Notes: a model not told the origin generated them from the sequence alone. Shown: positions 31,180 through 42,177, counted from the first letter of the stretch. The stretch is 64,000 bases of DNA from an uncultured Nitrososphaerota archaeon (GCA_963799845.1 CAWCYI010000004.1:1088001-1152000); one strand, 5' to 3'. Made by a program: numbers and translations.

Positions 31180-31283
31180 TAAAGATGTCCCACATTTCGT
31201 TCCCAATTAAAAGTAGCACGCTGTCAGACATTGAAAAACTGATAAAGTTCGATTAAAGCCAAGAAACATGGACTGATTTTCGG

Positions 31284-31565
31284 ATGTTTGTCAACATGGC
31301 TACCGTTAAACCACTTCCAGGCAGGGAAAGGGAGCTCGCGGACAGAATGCGCGCTTTTGCAGAAGCTATCAAGAACCAGCCGGGAATAATCGGAGTGCAC
31401 GTGCTTTCCGAAAAAGGCACTAATGCACTTGTGGGCATATCAATGTGGACTGACGAAGAGTCTTTCAATAATGCCATGACGGCTGTGAGTGTCCCGGCTC
31501 ACTCGCCACAAGCAGACTCTTTGCGTTCAGATCCTCCACTCGTACGACAATTCATTGAGATTTAG
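31284..31565 (+). CDS. antibiotic biosynthesis monooxygenase (ABM) domain protein
   Basis: PGRERE, QPG, SMWTDEESF. Confidence 0.85.
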   Translation: MFVNMATVKPLPGRERELADRMRAFAEAIKNQPGIIGVHVLSEKGTNALVGISMWTDEESFNNAMTAVSVPAHSPQADSLRSDPPLVRQFIEI

Positions 31566-31579
31566 GAAATCGATTCCGC

Positions 31580-31723
31580 CTAACCGGAACCAATTCTGAA
31601 TATTTTAGTCCCGCAGACTGGACAAACGCCCTGCATCGCAGGCTTTCCATTTTTCATGGTAACTTTCTTCGGATCCTTCATCTCTCTTTTAGCTTTGCAT
31701 TTTACACAATAAGCTTCAACCAT
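31580..31723 (-). CDS. stand-alone DUF5679 zinc-ribbon protein, 47 aa (absent from the ORF track)
   Basis: Translated by hand: MVEAYCVKCKAKREMKDPKKVTMKNGKPAMQGVCPVCGTKIFRIGSG*. Confidence 0.88.
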   Translation of the reverse strand: MVEAYCVKCKAKREMKDPKKVTMKNGKPAMQGVCPVCGTKIFRIGSG

Positions 31724-31939
31724 TTTACTTCGAACGGGGCATCCGACTGAATTGGTATAACAGTCTTACGCGTGGGGACTTAAAAAGTGCAGATAAATAG
31801 ATTCTGTAGTGGGCTCCCTTCTTGAAAAGTCGTTGAATCCGATCAGATAGTTAATTTAGTACAACATGTTCTTTTTGAAAATCCGACTTCCTAATTTGCA
31901 AATTCTTTGGAGAAATCTTTCCGTAGCATGCTCTGTAAG

Positions 31940-33000
31940 TCCTGCATGATTTCTAGATGATTGTAAAAGTAGGACGGTCTTATCGCTTCCAGATGAGTCG
32001 TGATAAAGATTGGATCCGAACGTGAGATTTTATCTTACCGGGATGTGTTCTCATGAATCTTGATCTCGACATCGGTCAAGTTCTTTCTGACAGCGAGCCA
32101 ATCCTTTAGACAGACAATGGCGTCATGATCAAGGAAGATATAGAATCTTCGATTTTGCGATTTCGGGCGGACAAGATCGATCCAAACCGGCGTACGGTTC
32201 TCATCCCATATCAAATAGTTGGCTGTGCCAAAGTGGGTCGCCAACTGCGAAAAGGCCAGATGATTGAAGACGTTGACCGTGGTCGAATCATCCAAGAAAC
32301 CTTGCGTCTGAACCATGACAATCGCTCTCCAGAGTGGAGTCGCCTTTGAACATGTGCGGCTTTCTTAACGAGAGCGAGCATATTGATCGCTTCTTCTGCC
32401 TGTCTGTCAATGTCGGGAATAGCGAGCGAACTTGAATTGGAAATTTGAGTGGAGAAGAAGGCAGCTCGCAATCGTTGTGGAGATAGAAGGATCTAATCGT
32501 GTTGTAGCGTTTTTGCTTCGATGATCCGAGCAAATCCGCAGAAAGCGAATTTGTGTATGCCTTAAGAAGCGTGAATGTGTGTCGCGAGTTGTCTTCGGTT
32601 TGCATCTAGGGCATTTTGAATCGGTTCTTCTGGATCTTTGACTCCGTACTTTTCCGCAAGTAGATTACAAAATCATAGAGAGTGTAAAGTGCAGCTTTCC
32701 TCCCGGGCCCTGCCTTTAGTTCAGAGAGCCATCGTTGTACGGAGGGAAAACGCGTCAGCGAATCTACATCGAGTTTCTTGTTTCCCCGAAGCCAAGCGTG
32801 GCGAACCGCGCCACAAACCTTCGCAAGCTCATAGAGAGTAGTTTCGCACGTTTTTCGAGAATAGCCGGTTTTTAGCGCCGCCTCGTTGATAGTCAGGGGT
32901 TCAAAGGCGTTCTGGAGAGCCAGAAGGATCGCGTCGACAATGATGTGCCTTTCTTTCAGATGTTCGTTGAGCTTCTCGACAGGGGGGTCGGCGATGTACT
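31940..33000 (-). pseudogene. degraded tyrosine recombinase/integrase with an N-terminal wHTH
   Basis: FPSVQRWL, IRSFYLHNDCELP, RPKSQ...FYIFLDHDAIVCLKDWL, DPIFIT pieces across several frames and stops; catalytic C-terminus not seen. Confidence 0.65.
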
Positions 33001-33146
33001 GCCAGACTATGCTTTCCACGTTGAGAACGGATAATGCATTCCAAATAAATAATGTGTAGTGGTAGCCCGGCTCAGCATCTGGAGATAATGTTCGATTCTG
33101 CTGCGAGTTGCTCTGAAGAGATAACCTGGGATAATATAGCAACTAA

Positions 33147-33701
33147 TCAGTCCGCATCTGGAAAACCAATTTTCTTCAGCAAAGCCCGAAACCTCGGTTC
33201 GGAACGCAAATTGTCGAATGTAAAGTCGTCATTAATTGAAATCAAGTATCCAGAATGTTCTTCGTAGGCACTCTCCAGCCATTCGAGAGCCTTATCGATC
33301 TCACCCAGATTCGCGTAGATCCCTGCGATAACGGTTGCAGCACGAGGTTCTTTACTCGTTTGCCGCATGTTAAGCAACTCTGACAGGAGATCTCGTGCCT
33401 CTTTCACCCGACCTGCCTTTACGTACGCATATGCAAGGTCGTTCTTAACTCCAAGGTTACTCCCTTTGGAAATTTCATTCGCTTTCTTGATTTCAGAAAT
33501 TCCAAGCTCGAAAACTCCTTTTCGCACATAACACAGACCTAGATTGCAGCGAGCATTAGTTGCATCTGGAGTAATCTCGAGCGCGGCGTTGAAGTATGGA
33601 ATGGCATCATCATATTTCCCTGGCTTTGCTAGCATGTCTTTCATATGAACTATGTCAAACCGATTCTTGTACAGCTTGTCTCTATTCTTCACACGCCCCA
33701 T
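33147..33701 (-). CDS. TPR protein resembling the C-terminal end of cyclase/kinase-TPR receptors; probably a fragment
   Basis: TPR consensus; ALEWLESAYEE...FDNLRSEPRFRALLKKIG tail. Confidence 0.7.
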   Translation of the reverse strand: MGRVKNRDKLYKNRFDIVHMKDMLAKPGKYDDAIPYFNAALEITPDATNARCNLGLCYVRKGVFELGISEIKKANEISKGSNLGVKNDLAYAYVKAGRVKEARDLLSELLNMRQTSKEPRAATVIAGIYANLGEIDKALEWLESAYEEHSGYLISINDDFTFDNLRSEPRFRALLKKIGFPDAD

Positions 33702-34203
33702 TCTCCAAGCTGATAATGAACGCCAAGAAGCATGTCGAACGCCCGGCCAGTCGCTAGAGCGCTACTGCTTATTCCTGTGGAGAAAGTCTGGCTTTCTAAC
33801 GGGCCCCTTGTAGTGCTCGTTTCGCGGGCAGTGCGGGCCGCACTTCTCGTTGAACGGATGGTTGTGCCCCTTCACTTCCTTCTCTTCGTTTTGTTTACGG
33901 TAGGATGCCAATCTCTGGGCAGAGATGTAGGCTAGACCCGCATCTAATAAGTGCTACCGATGGTTTGCTCTTTCAGATAGATTTCCAGAAAGCCATAAAG
34001 TACTCCCTTGATTGAAGCGCGCTTCTTCTTTACCTGCTTCCATGTTTAATCTCGCATACGCCCATCTGGCATTTGCATAGGCAGTCGATCTTGATTTCAC
34101 GAGAATCGGCACAAGGATGTAGGATAATTACGAAAGCAAATCGAGAGTGACTTATGAAGATTTGTTCCTTCTAGCTTGGATCTCTTAGGTTATTACGAAC
34201 CAT

Positions 34204-34270
34204 CCAAGCAATCCAATGATATTGGTGGGAAGTGATGAATGAAGAAGATTCACGGCTTGCTCTAAGTTTG
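34204..34270 (+). repeat. imperfect direct repeat, copy 1
   Basis: Core GATGAATGAAGAAGATTCACgGCTtGCTCTAAgTTTG is 34/37 identical to copy 2; upstream CCAAGC-ATCCAA also shared. Confidence 0.8.
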
Positions 34271-34493
34271 CTTCGTTTAAAGTCAAATCTGGAAAAGCAA
34301 CCTAAATAGAATCGGTAGGTCGAGCGCTCGATAACTAACGATGTAGGCTTGTTTTACGGACAGGTGGTTACAGGATTTGAATACCCCGGAGAGATCTGGA
34401 AAATGTAAGTCGCCTGATTGAATACCTATAGCATTACAGCTGGAAATCTAGCGGAATAAACTATTTTTACTAATACAATGCTTACAGCAAGGT

Positions 34494-34736
34494 ATGCCTG
34501 AAGCAGTTAATGTTCGCTGTTACAAGTGTCGGAAAAATGTAGCCGTACAACCTCCTGACGAAGATCACCTTTATCACACGTTTGACAAGAAATTCGTAGA
34601 GGGGGAAAAAGATCTCAAGATCTCCCAATTTAATCATGGCGCTTGTGGATTTAGCGGGGAGCTGTATTGGTACGATATTGGCTCGCCTCTTTTAGTTGAA
34701 CCAAATATCTACAATGACCCGACATCCAAATTTTAA
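34494..34736 (+). CDS. small putative zinc-binding protein
   Basis: CYKC and HGAC motifs; TATA-like box upstream. Confidence 0.6.
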   Translation: MPEAVNVRCYKCRKNVAVQPPDEDHLYHTFDKKFVEGEKDLKISQFNHGACGFSGELYWYDIGSPLLVEPNIYNDPTSKF

Positions 34737-34842
34737 CAGCATCAATTTCCATCCCTGATCGCTGCTCACAACTGGAGACTTGGATTTTCGCTCAAATATC
34801 AGTCGTTACTTGAGCCATCAGTCCAATTTGAGAGAAACTCAA

Positions 34843-35196
34843 ATGACTAAGACAAAGAAAGTTTCAGGGACTGATTTTGAAAATCATGTTTACAATAGTA
34901 TTCGAAAATATTATCCATTATGGAGAGGCTGGGAAATTGATGAACAGCACTCCATGAGGAATCGTTGGCGCATTGATTTTCTCGTTTCAAAAGGGAAGCG
35001 CAGGATAGTTATTGATGCTAAAGATAAGTCGCGTCTTTCGTATTTAGACATCGACCAGATCTTAGACTATAAACGTTCTAAGCGGGCTGAAACTGCGATA
35101 ATCTATACAGCGAATGATATAGAAGTTTCAGATAGCATAAAAGAATATGCGGAGTCTAGAAATGTCTTATTACAATGGACTCAGTGGCGTGCTTAA
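34843..35196 (+). CDS. stand-alone PD-(D/E)xK restriction-endonuclease-like (Mrr_cat-like) protein
   Basis: GTDFENHV...RIDFLV...IVIDAK...IDQILDY; ATG at 34843. Confidence 0.8.
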   Translation: MTKTKKVSGTDFENHVYNSIRKYYPLWRGWEIDEQHSMRNRWRIDFLVSKGKRRIVIDAKDKSRLSYLDIDQILDYKRSKRAETAIIYTANDIEVSDSIKEYAESRNVLLQWTQWRA

Positions 35197-35229
35197 CTTA
35201 CAGAAACAAGAGATTAGAGACAGATTGGT

Positions 35230-36393
35230 ATGAGGAACAAAGGAAATTACGTCTTCACTTCTGAATCAGTTGCTGAAGGTCATCCTGACAAAGTTGCGGA
35301 TCAGATTTCAGATAGCATCTTGGATGCCATATTGGAAAAGGATCCAAAAGCGAGAGTTGACGCCGAAACTCTGGTGATGCAAGGAAATGTCATAGTCACG
35401 GGCCAGATAACTACCGACACATATGTATCAGTACCTGCGATTGTTAGGCAGACTCTGAAAGAAATAGGTCTTGACAATGCGAAAGATGGATTGGACTGGG
35501 AAACCTGCGGGATACTTGTTTCAATAACCGAGCAAGCTCCTGACATTGCGATGGGAGTAAACGAAACACCAATACATGAGCAGGGCGCCGGGGATCAAGG
35601 AATGGTTTTCGGCTACGCAACAAATGAAACCCAAGAATTGATGCCGCTACCGATAGTGCTTGCCCACAAGCTCGTCAGAAGGCTTGCCGAGTGCAGAAAA
35701 GATGGAATCCTGCCCTACCTGAGAGCTGATGGCAAGTCACAAGTCTCGGTCGAATACGAGGACGGGAAACCTAAGAGAGTCGCAGCGGTGGTAATTGCTG
35801 CTCAACACAGCGAGAAAGTGGAGTCAGATAAAGTAAGAAAGGATGTCATAGACATGGTAGTGAGAAAGGTCATTCCGTCCGATCTGCTTGATGAAAAGAC
35901 AAAGTATATTGTGAATGGAACCGGCAGATTCGTCACAGGTGGGACGCTTGCCGACTCAGGTCTCACGGGCCGGAAAATAATCGTTGATACGTACGGAGGA
36001 GTTGGAAGTCATGGTGGCGGATGTTTCTCGGGAAAAGATCCCTCGAAGGTCGATAGGTCGGGGGCATACATGGCAAGATACATCGCCAAGAATGTGGTGG
36101 CTGCCGGACTTGCGGATCAGTGTGAGATACAGATCTCGTATGCCATAGGTGTGGCAGAGCCCGTTTCCGTGTTGGTAGATACTCATGGCACTGGAAGGAT
36201 CTCCGATGAAGAAATCCTTGAACTCATCAAGAAGAACTTTGACATGAGACCTAAGGCTATAATAAATCATCTCAAACTACTAAGACCAATATACAGGAAG
36301 ACGGCAGCATTCGGACACTTTGGAAGAGACGACCCTGACTTTACCTGGGAAAAGACCGACATGGTTGAGACTCTTAGAAGTGCGCATGGATGA
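35230..36393 (+). CDS. metK: S-adenosylmethionine synthetase, bacterial/eukaryotic type
   Basis: [49 protein letters not shown]. Confidence 0.97.
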   Translation: MRNKGNYVFTSESVAEGHPDKVADQISDSILDAILEKDPKARVDAETLVMQGNVIVTGQITTDTYVSVPAIVRQTLKEIGLDNAKDGLDWETCGILVSITEQAPDIAMGVNETPIHEQGAGDQGMVFGYATNETQELMPLPIVLAHKLVRRLAECRKDGILPYLRADGKSQVSVEYEDGKPKRVAAVVIAAQHSEKVESDKVRKDVIDMVVRKVIPSDLLDEKTKYIVNGTGRFVTGGTLADSGLTGRKIIVDTYGGVGSHGGGCFSGKDPSKVDRSGAYMARYIAKNVVAAGLADQCEIQISYAIGVAEPVSVLVDTHGTGRISDEEILELIKKNFDMRPKAIINHLKLLRPIYRKTAAFGHFGRDDPDFTWEKTDMVETLRSAHG

Positions 36394-36625
36394 TGAAGGC
36401 CACTCATTTAGACAAGCTTCAATAAAATAAATCGAGAAAATTGAGATTCCGCAACCTGCAAAGGGTTGTCATCATTAATGGTGCCCTAAACAAAAGTAAA
36501 AGAAAATAAATAAAAGTAATTGTAGCTGCTTAACTACGGGCAAAAATGCCTACAATCCCTGCGTATTGATCTGATCGGATTCAAATTTAGTATAAAAGAT
36601 AAGGAGTTACGCAGCTACTATCACC

Positions 36626-37370
36626 TTAGCCAGGCAAATCCTCTGTACCAATACCTTTGTAAAGATATTCCATCTTCGCTGGCGTAATATCCTGTCGCCA
36701 AACGCGTTCTTTAGTTATTTCTGAATACGTTAAATGAAGAATATTAGCAAAGACCGCTGGAATTCTTGGTTCGTAATTCCTGGCTTCTTCCCATAATTTG
36801 TATCTATTGTACAAATCCACGAACCAAATCGTATGATTTGGCCCGGTCTCATATTCATCTTCACGAATCATTTCTTCGATGAACGAGTAGACGACATTGT
36901 CACGATTACGCCTATCCGTTATCCCATCAGAATATGTAAATCCAAATTCCATCATATTTCGAAGGGCGTATAGCGATGCAAGAATCAGTCCTTTGAATTC
37001 ATCATCATTCGCTAGTAATCGTTCACTAAAGCCTTGAACTCTCCGAAAACGATTTGGATAATTTGTGGCGCAAATCTTGTCCCAGATAGAATCTGATGGA
37101 TCGTCGATTTTCGGGGCTGTGTTGCAAGCGAAGAAAAGTTTGCCTTTGTAAACCCACTGAATTGGATCAGGAATGTTTTTGATTTCTGTTGAAATAGTGC
37201 TGTTTCCAACTAGTTGTTTTAGAATCTCGACATGTTCGATTAAATGTTTAGGTTTTTCGTCTGCAATGTTTGCAATCTTTCCGCGTAATGCGTGCAGCAT
37301 GAACTTTCTTCAGTCATTGCACGTAATCCAAGACTAGTATAATTCCCGCTCGGCCCAATACTTTCAGAGA
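36626..37370 (-). pseudogene. C-terminal fragment of a D5/P4-like SF3 primase-helicase
   Basis: LRGKIANIADE (Walker B), LKQLVG, KLFFACN (motif C), C-terminal LYNRYKLW; Walker A and primase domain missing. Confidence 0.75.
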
Positions 37371-37572
37371 TGTTTGTATAGGACATTGTACAAACTTGAG
37401 ATTTAGAGAAATAACATCAGAAGTATCTACTTGTTGTCTCTAATTCATGTCGATTTTTCAAATGGGTTTTTAGCAATTAAACGACGACACTCCATGTTTC
37501 TTCCAGGTAAATTTCAACTATAGTTTTTTTCCCTTGCTGGTTTAAATAAATATACTTTCTATAGCGAATTGC

Positions 37573-38322
37573 ATGAGCCAGATTCCGACATCAACCGAAG
37601 AAACAAAATCATCATCGATTGTGGAGCTTCGACAGTATACTTTGTATCCGGGAAAGCGTGATACTTTGATTGATCTTTTCGAAGGAGATTTGCTCGATCC
37701 ACAGGAAGAAATGGGTGCAGAATTAATCGGTCAGTTTCGCGACCTCGAAAATCCAAACCGATTCGTTTGGTTGAGAGGCTTCCCTGATATGCCGACTCGC
37801 GGCAGAACTCTTGAAGAATTCTACAATGGCTTGATTTGGAAAGCGCACCGAGAAAAAGCCAATGCCACTATGGAGGACTCCGACAATGTCTTTCTTTTGC
37901 GTACAGCTTGGCCCGGATCAGGGTTCTTTCTTCGACGTCGAGTAGCTGTTGAGACCGGTCATTCGAAGACGAGTCTTGTAACCGCAACCATCTGCCATTT
38001 TGAATCAATGCCGAATGATAACTTTCTTGAATTCTTCAGGGAGTCTCTTAGACCGGTGTTAGCACGTAGCGGTGCTCCGTCTCTAGCTGCTTTTGTTAGT
38101 GAATCCAGTCCAAACAACTACCCCAGATTGCCAGTTAGAGAAGGCGAAAATGTGTTCGTATGGTTCACTCTCTTTACAAGCAGAAAGTCCTACGACGATT
38201 ATCTTCAGGCATTGATAAAAGCTACCGACTGGCCCAATCTTCAAAAGGAATTACAGAAGTTTTTGAATAGGCCCCCACAGACACTCAGGCTTTTACCGAC
38301 TCCCAGGTCGAAACTAAGTTAA
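37573..38322 (+). CDS. NIPSNAP family protein
   Basis: VELRQYTLYPGKRD, FVWLRGF, ANATMEDSDNV. Confidence 0.9.
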   Translation: MSQIPTSTEETKSSSIVELRQYTLYPGKRDTLIDLFEGDLLDPQEEMGAELIGQFRDLENPNRFVWLRGFPDMPTRGRTLEEFYNGLIWKAHREKANATMEDSDNVFLLRTAWPGSGFFLRRRVAVETGHSKTSLVTATICHFESMPNDNFLEFFRESLRPVLARSGAPSLAAFVSESSPNNYPRLPVREGENVFVWFTLFTSRKSYDDYLQALIKATDWPNLQKELQKFLNRPPQTLRLLPTPRSKLS

Positions 38323-38329
38323 TTGTTCT

Positions 38330-38495
38330 AAGACGCCGGTTGGACAACAAACACATATTGGGGAATGCGTGATCTATCTAATTGAAACCGCCGACAAATA
38401 CAGAAGTTCCTGCAAAGACTTGTCCGAAGCAGCAAGATCAAACCCACTTCAAATGTTCTTGAAGTAGGCTGTGGGACTCGTTGCCTTTCACTTTA
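38330..38495 (+). pseudogene. N-terminal remnant of a class I methyltransferase
   Basis: Hand translation ...SN*NRRQIQKFLQRLVRSSKIKPTSNVLEVGCGT, cut off where the convergent gene ends. Confidence 0.55.
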
Positions 38496-39234
38496 GCTGT
38501 TGGCGTATGAATCCCCACACCTCCAACTCGGGCGGACGATGAGGGAAAGAGTCCCTGCGTGATTCCCAGTCGTATAACTCCCTTATACAATCCAGCACCT
38601 CGTCCTCTGTTCCCAGTATCTTGAAGGACTCTGACTCGCCATATTCCGAACGGACAAAGTTCTTACCGTCGAAATAGATGGAGGTTCCACCTTCATGGTG
38701 CACCGTTCGGAAGGACATTCCATTCCGAAGCTCACTCAGAATCTTCTGCTTGAGTGCCTCAACAGGTGCCGGGTCCTCTTTCTCGCTCGCTCGTCTCGCT
38801 TCTTTGTCCACCGCTTCGTGAACCCGTTGGTCGTACAGTTCCGGGGATGAAGCTTCAGTGAGGTCTAGGGTCGGAGCAGTCTGAAGATTGTGAATCCAAT
38901 AACCGAATGCCTTGTCAGCGTAGCTAAGGAACTCGGCCTCAGTGTACCAAGTGCGTGTAACCCATGCTGTGACATGGAACGAGTACCAGTTCCCCTTTGG
39001 AAGAGCCGTCTCGAAGCGGAGTTGAACCTTGCGGCCAATGAATGGCGGATTATCAGAACCGGAATAGGTTAGCTGTGCGGTCGGTGTCGCGTCGCCCGCC
39101 AAGAGTAGACCTATAGTTTTCTCTATCTCAAACTTCACTTCAAAAGGATCACTTGAGCTCCAGAAGTATATCGAGTAGTCCTGGGTCCAATTCTCTCTCC
39201 CATTTTTGATCGGTTTCGCGGCCATGTTGTGCAT
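38488..39234 (-). CDS. hypothetical protein
   Basis: 248-aa ORF with globular composition and no recognised motif. Confidence 0.65.
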   Translation of the reverse strand: MHNMAAKPIKNGRENWTQDYSIYFWSSSDPFEVKFEIEKTIGLLLAGDATPTAQLTYSGSDNPPFIGRKVQLRFETALPKGNWYSFHVTAWVTRTWYTEAEFLSYADKAFGYWIHNLQTAPTLDLTEASSPELYDQRVHEAVDKEARRASEKEDPAPVEALKQKILSELRNGMSFRTVHHEGGTSIYFDGKNFVRSEYGESESFKILGTEDEVLDCIRELYDWESRRDSFPHRPPELEVWGFIRQQLK

Positions 39235-39584
39235 TACGTCTAATCTGAGAAACGAAATTAGCTTGAGCTTTTTCTCTCGCGTTCTTCAACGTTGCGTTTC
39301 CATTTCAATCATCGTCTCTATGTCTTCAACTTCGGATTCCTTCGGTAATCGATTGATCTGTTTGGATGCCTGTGTATCCGTCTATGTGACACAGTTCGAA
39401 GTTTTATTCATTTTACTTGGCGTCTTGGTTTACTATCTGCACATGATGCATCTATACAATAAATGCTGGAGCGGCTTCGATAATGAGGAATAAAGCTTTC
39501 CGGCATTCTGGGGCACCTAATATTCACAGAAGTATCACACCAGATTCTAATGCATGGACGCTATAACAGAACTTTCCTAGCTAC

Positions 39585-39649
39585 CCAAGCTATCCAACAA
39601 TAGGCGGGATACGATGAATGAAGAAGATTCACCGCTCGCTCTAAATTTG
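39585..39649 (+). repeat. imperfect direct repeat, copy 2
   Basis: GATGAATGAAGAAGATTCACcGCTcGCTCTAAaTTTG. Confidence 0.8.
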
Positions 39650-39731
39650 TTCTAGACAATGCATCATACAACAAAATTAGTCAGACGAACGAGTGAATCA
39701 TTTTTATACTACTTATTCGACGTTTTCAAAC

Positions 39732-40205
39732 ATGCCAACAGTTGAAAAGACGGTCGAAATTTCAGCCCCTCTAGAATCTGTCTGGAAGATAGCCTCTGAC
39801 TCTGCAAACCTAGTGAAGCTTTATCCAGACGCAATAACGATTGAGGCAGACCCTCCCGGTTTTGCTTCGGTCGGCCAGAAGGGACACATGGTCACAAAGA
39901 TAGGCGGAAGAAAAACCGACGTGTTCTACGAATGCACGGAGATAATAGAGAACAAAAAGGCGTCGTTCACTCAGAGGCCAGGTGGGTTGTTCAGTTCGTT
40001 TCTGATAACGTCAAGCTTCGAACAGACGAAGAAAGGCAAAACGTTAGCCACTCAGAAACTTGATTACGAACTCTCCATGGGATACCTCGGAAAAGTTCTC
40101 AATAAGCTTGTGGTAGATAGGTCTATCAGGAAAAATGTTAATGCGTTTCTCGTAAATCTGAAGGAGATATCTGAACTAAAGGATGTTCCAACCAAGAAGA
40201 GTTAG
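39732..40205 (+). CDS. SRPBCC/polyketide-cyclase-like protein
   Basis: VEISAPLESVW; C-terminal FLVNLKEISE. Confidence 0.85.
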   Translation: MPTVEKTVEISAPLESVWKIASDSANLVKLYPDAITIEADPPGFASVGQKGHMVTKIGGRKTDVFYECTEIIENKKASFTQRPGGLFSSFLITSSFEQTKKGKTLATQKLDYELSMGYLGKVLNKLVVDRSIRKNVNAFLVNLKEISELKDVPTKKS

Positions 40206-40234
40206 GGCATTCTCTTTAGTCCGTTTCTAAACCT

Positions 40235-40540
40235 TTATTCCTTCAACCCGATCAGACCGTGAGTGTACTTTCTGCACTTCGGGATATCCCTCAAGCTTCT
40301 TGAAATGGTCGAAAGACTACCGATGTTATCCAGTTTTTCAGACACGTCTTTTCCATCCGTTCTCAAAACGATGTGTAGAGTCTCGTGGCACAGTATCGTT
40401 ACGAATATTTCCGGTAGCAGCCGTGTGAGTCGTTTCCATTTTGTACTACCGCATATTTGAATCACTCCACTTTCATCAGCGACGACGTTTGGGACATCAA
40501 CGAACCCCCAATTAACAATCCGAACTCTGTCGCAAGACAA
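40235..40540 (-). CDS. minimal HExxH zincin-like protein
   Basis: TILCHETLHIVL. Confidence 0.55.
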   Translation of the reverse strand: MSCDRVRIVNWGFVDVPNVVADESGVIQICGSTKWKRLTRLLPEIFVTILCHETLHIVLRTDGKDVSEKLDNIGSLSTISRSLRDIPKCRKYTHGLIGLKE

Positions 40541-40792
40541 AAAGTGTGATCTTGAGCCACACCTGAGTTCATTTCATAAGGCGCTTATGAAGCCGGACTA
40601 TAGATTCGAGCTTGAGTGTCTTTGTATTCAAGGGGAATAATCTAGTTGGGTTTCATGTAAAGATATGTTGCAGGGGCTAAGTAATGTCCCATTTCCGGCC
40701 CGCATTATTCGAGCATAACATCATATTTCGGTGCAGAAAGCCTCAGGTTAACTCAAAAATTCATGCAGAGTCGGGTTAAATCGCTTGGGGGT

Positions 40793-41173
40793 TCACCACC
40801 GGAAAACATATCCGCGGCGTCTCAACTCATGATCGAGTTCGTCCTTTCGCCCTCGCACAAGTTTGGCTGCATGAAGTAAATCACTCTCCATCCAGCTCCT
40901 TAATTCTACGGGGGTCAACATCTCGTTGTAGATGGGGGCTGACATTGCTGACTTGTCCAAAAACTCGTCCAATTTTCGTCCAGTACTATCCGATCGGGTT
41001 TTTGACTCCACAAATTCTGTCAGAGCCAGGCGAAATACACTAGTTACATTACAACCCTCTTTCCGCGCTATGGAAACAAGAGCGTCAAAAATTGGCTCGT
41101 CGACCTGCCTAAAACTAACGGGGAATGTAAATGTCGGCTGTGGTGCCACGAAATAACTTCCACCTGATTTCAA
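40793..41173 (-). CDS. ribbon-helix-helix (CopG-like) protein
   Basis: FPVSF...FDALVSIARKEGCNVTSVFRLALTEFV. Confidence 0.7.
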   Translation of the reverse strand: MKSGGSYFVAPQPTFTFPVSFRQVDEPIFDALVSIARKEGCNVTSVFRLALTEFVESKTRSDSTGRKLDEFLDKSAMSAPIYNEMLTPVELRSWMESDLLHAAKLVRGRKDELDHELRRRGYVFRW

Positions 41174-41253
41174 TCAATCAACTTTTTTGCGACACATCAT
41201 GCACTGCGCACACTGACATTGGGGATGACCGCAGGAGCAGAAAACTATTCTCG

Positions 41254-41773
41254 TCAAACTTTACCCTCGTTAACACCGGAGTCAGGAAGATCCTCGAAAT
41301 CTACTTCTATGGCATGGTGCTCGCTGTACGTCGCTCGCCAGCTGGCGCCTTCCTTTCGGGCTCTTTCAATACCAGACTCTGTGATCTTCCATACGCCGAC
41401 CTCGCAGGCCTCGCCGACCGGGAACACTTGTCTTTTCATGACCAACGATTTTTTCGAAAATTTCAGTACGGTGTCGAGTGCGTTTTTTCTCGATTTTTCG
41501 TAGACTACTTCCTTGTCCTCCGTCCTTCAGCTCGCTGAACCATTTTCCGTTCCTAAGTTCGTATAACACTGATTTGGTGGACATTTTGCCATCGGGTGAA
41601 CTTGAAAGCAGGAGAAGTATCGGGATCTCAGACGAACTCCTGGCAGGCAGCCTTGCGATAACGCCCCTCTCGATAATCCTCTTTCTTTTTTTCGTGCGCA
41701 CGCGTGTGCTCACAGATACGGTTTCACTGACATTTCGAAGGTCAATCTCTTGAATTATTGAATTCCCATTCAT
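41254..41773 (-). CDS. Mrr_N-like winged-helix protein, frameshift near 41520
   Basis: EIPILLLL...VLYEL, then in the shifted frame LKFSKKSLVMK...GVWKITESG. Confidence 0.65.
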
Positions 41774-41961
41774 TTTGTTAGAGTCAGGCGACACGCACAC
41801 CTTCGCTAACTAATAGCCGAAGCCGTCTGGGGCGACAGACCGCATTGTCTGAATTTGCAACATTGACCATGATCATGATCATTCCGTTGACCCTAGTAAC
41901 CAGCGGTGAGTCCCCACAGAATAAAGCGCACAACCCTTTTTGCACTTGTGGCGAGCTTTGA

Positions 41962-42177
41962 TTACATATCAGATTCATAAAATCTTCGCTCTAGCTGACG
42001 AAAATACGCATCGTCAAGAGGCCTGCTGCGGAGAAGGCTTGCCGCTCTTCCACCGAGCGGAAGTAGAGTTAATCGATTCCACATGCCTGGTTCTATTTCG
42101 TTGAGGACTTCCAACATTTTATTTGAAATTAGGATGTTTTCGTTACTATAACCATAGTGGATAGAAAGATTTTGCAC
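41962..42177 (-). CDS. small hypothetical protein
   Basis: 71-aa ORF at the head of the minus-strand cluster. Confidence 0.35.
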   Translation of the reverse strand: MQNLSIHYGYSNENILISNKMLEVLNEIEPGMWNRLTLLPLGGRAASLLRSRPLDDAYFRQLERRFYESDM

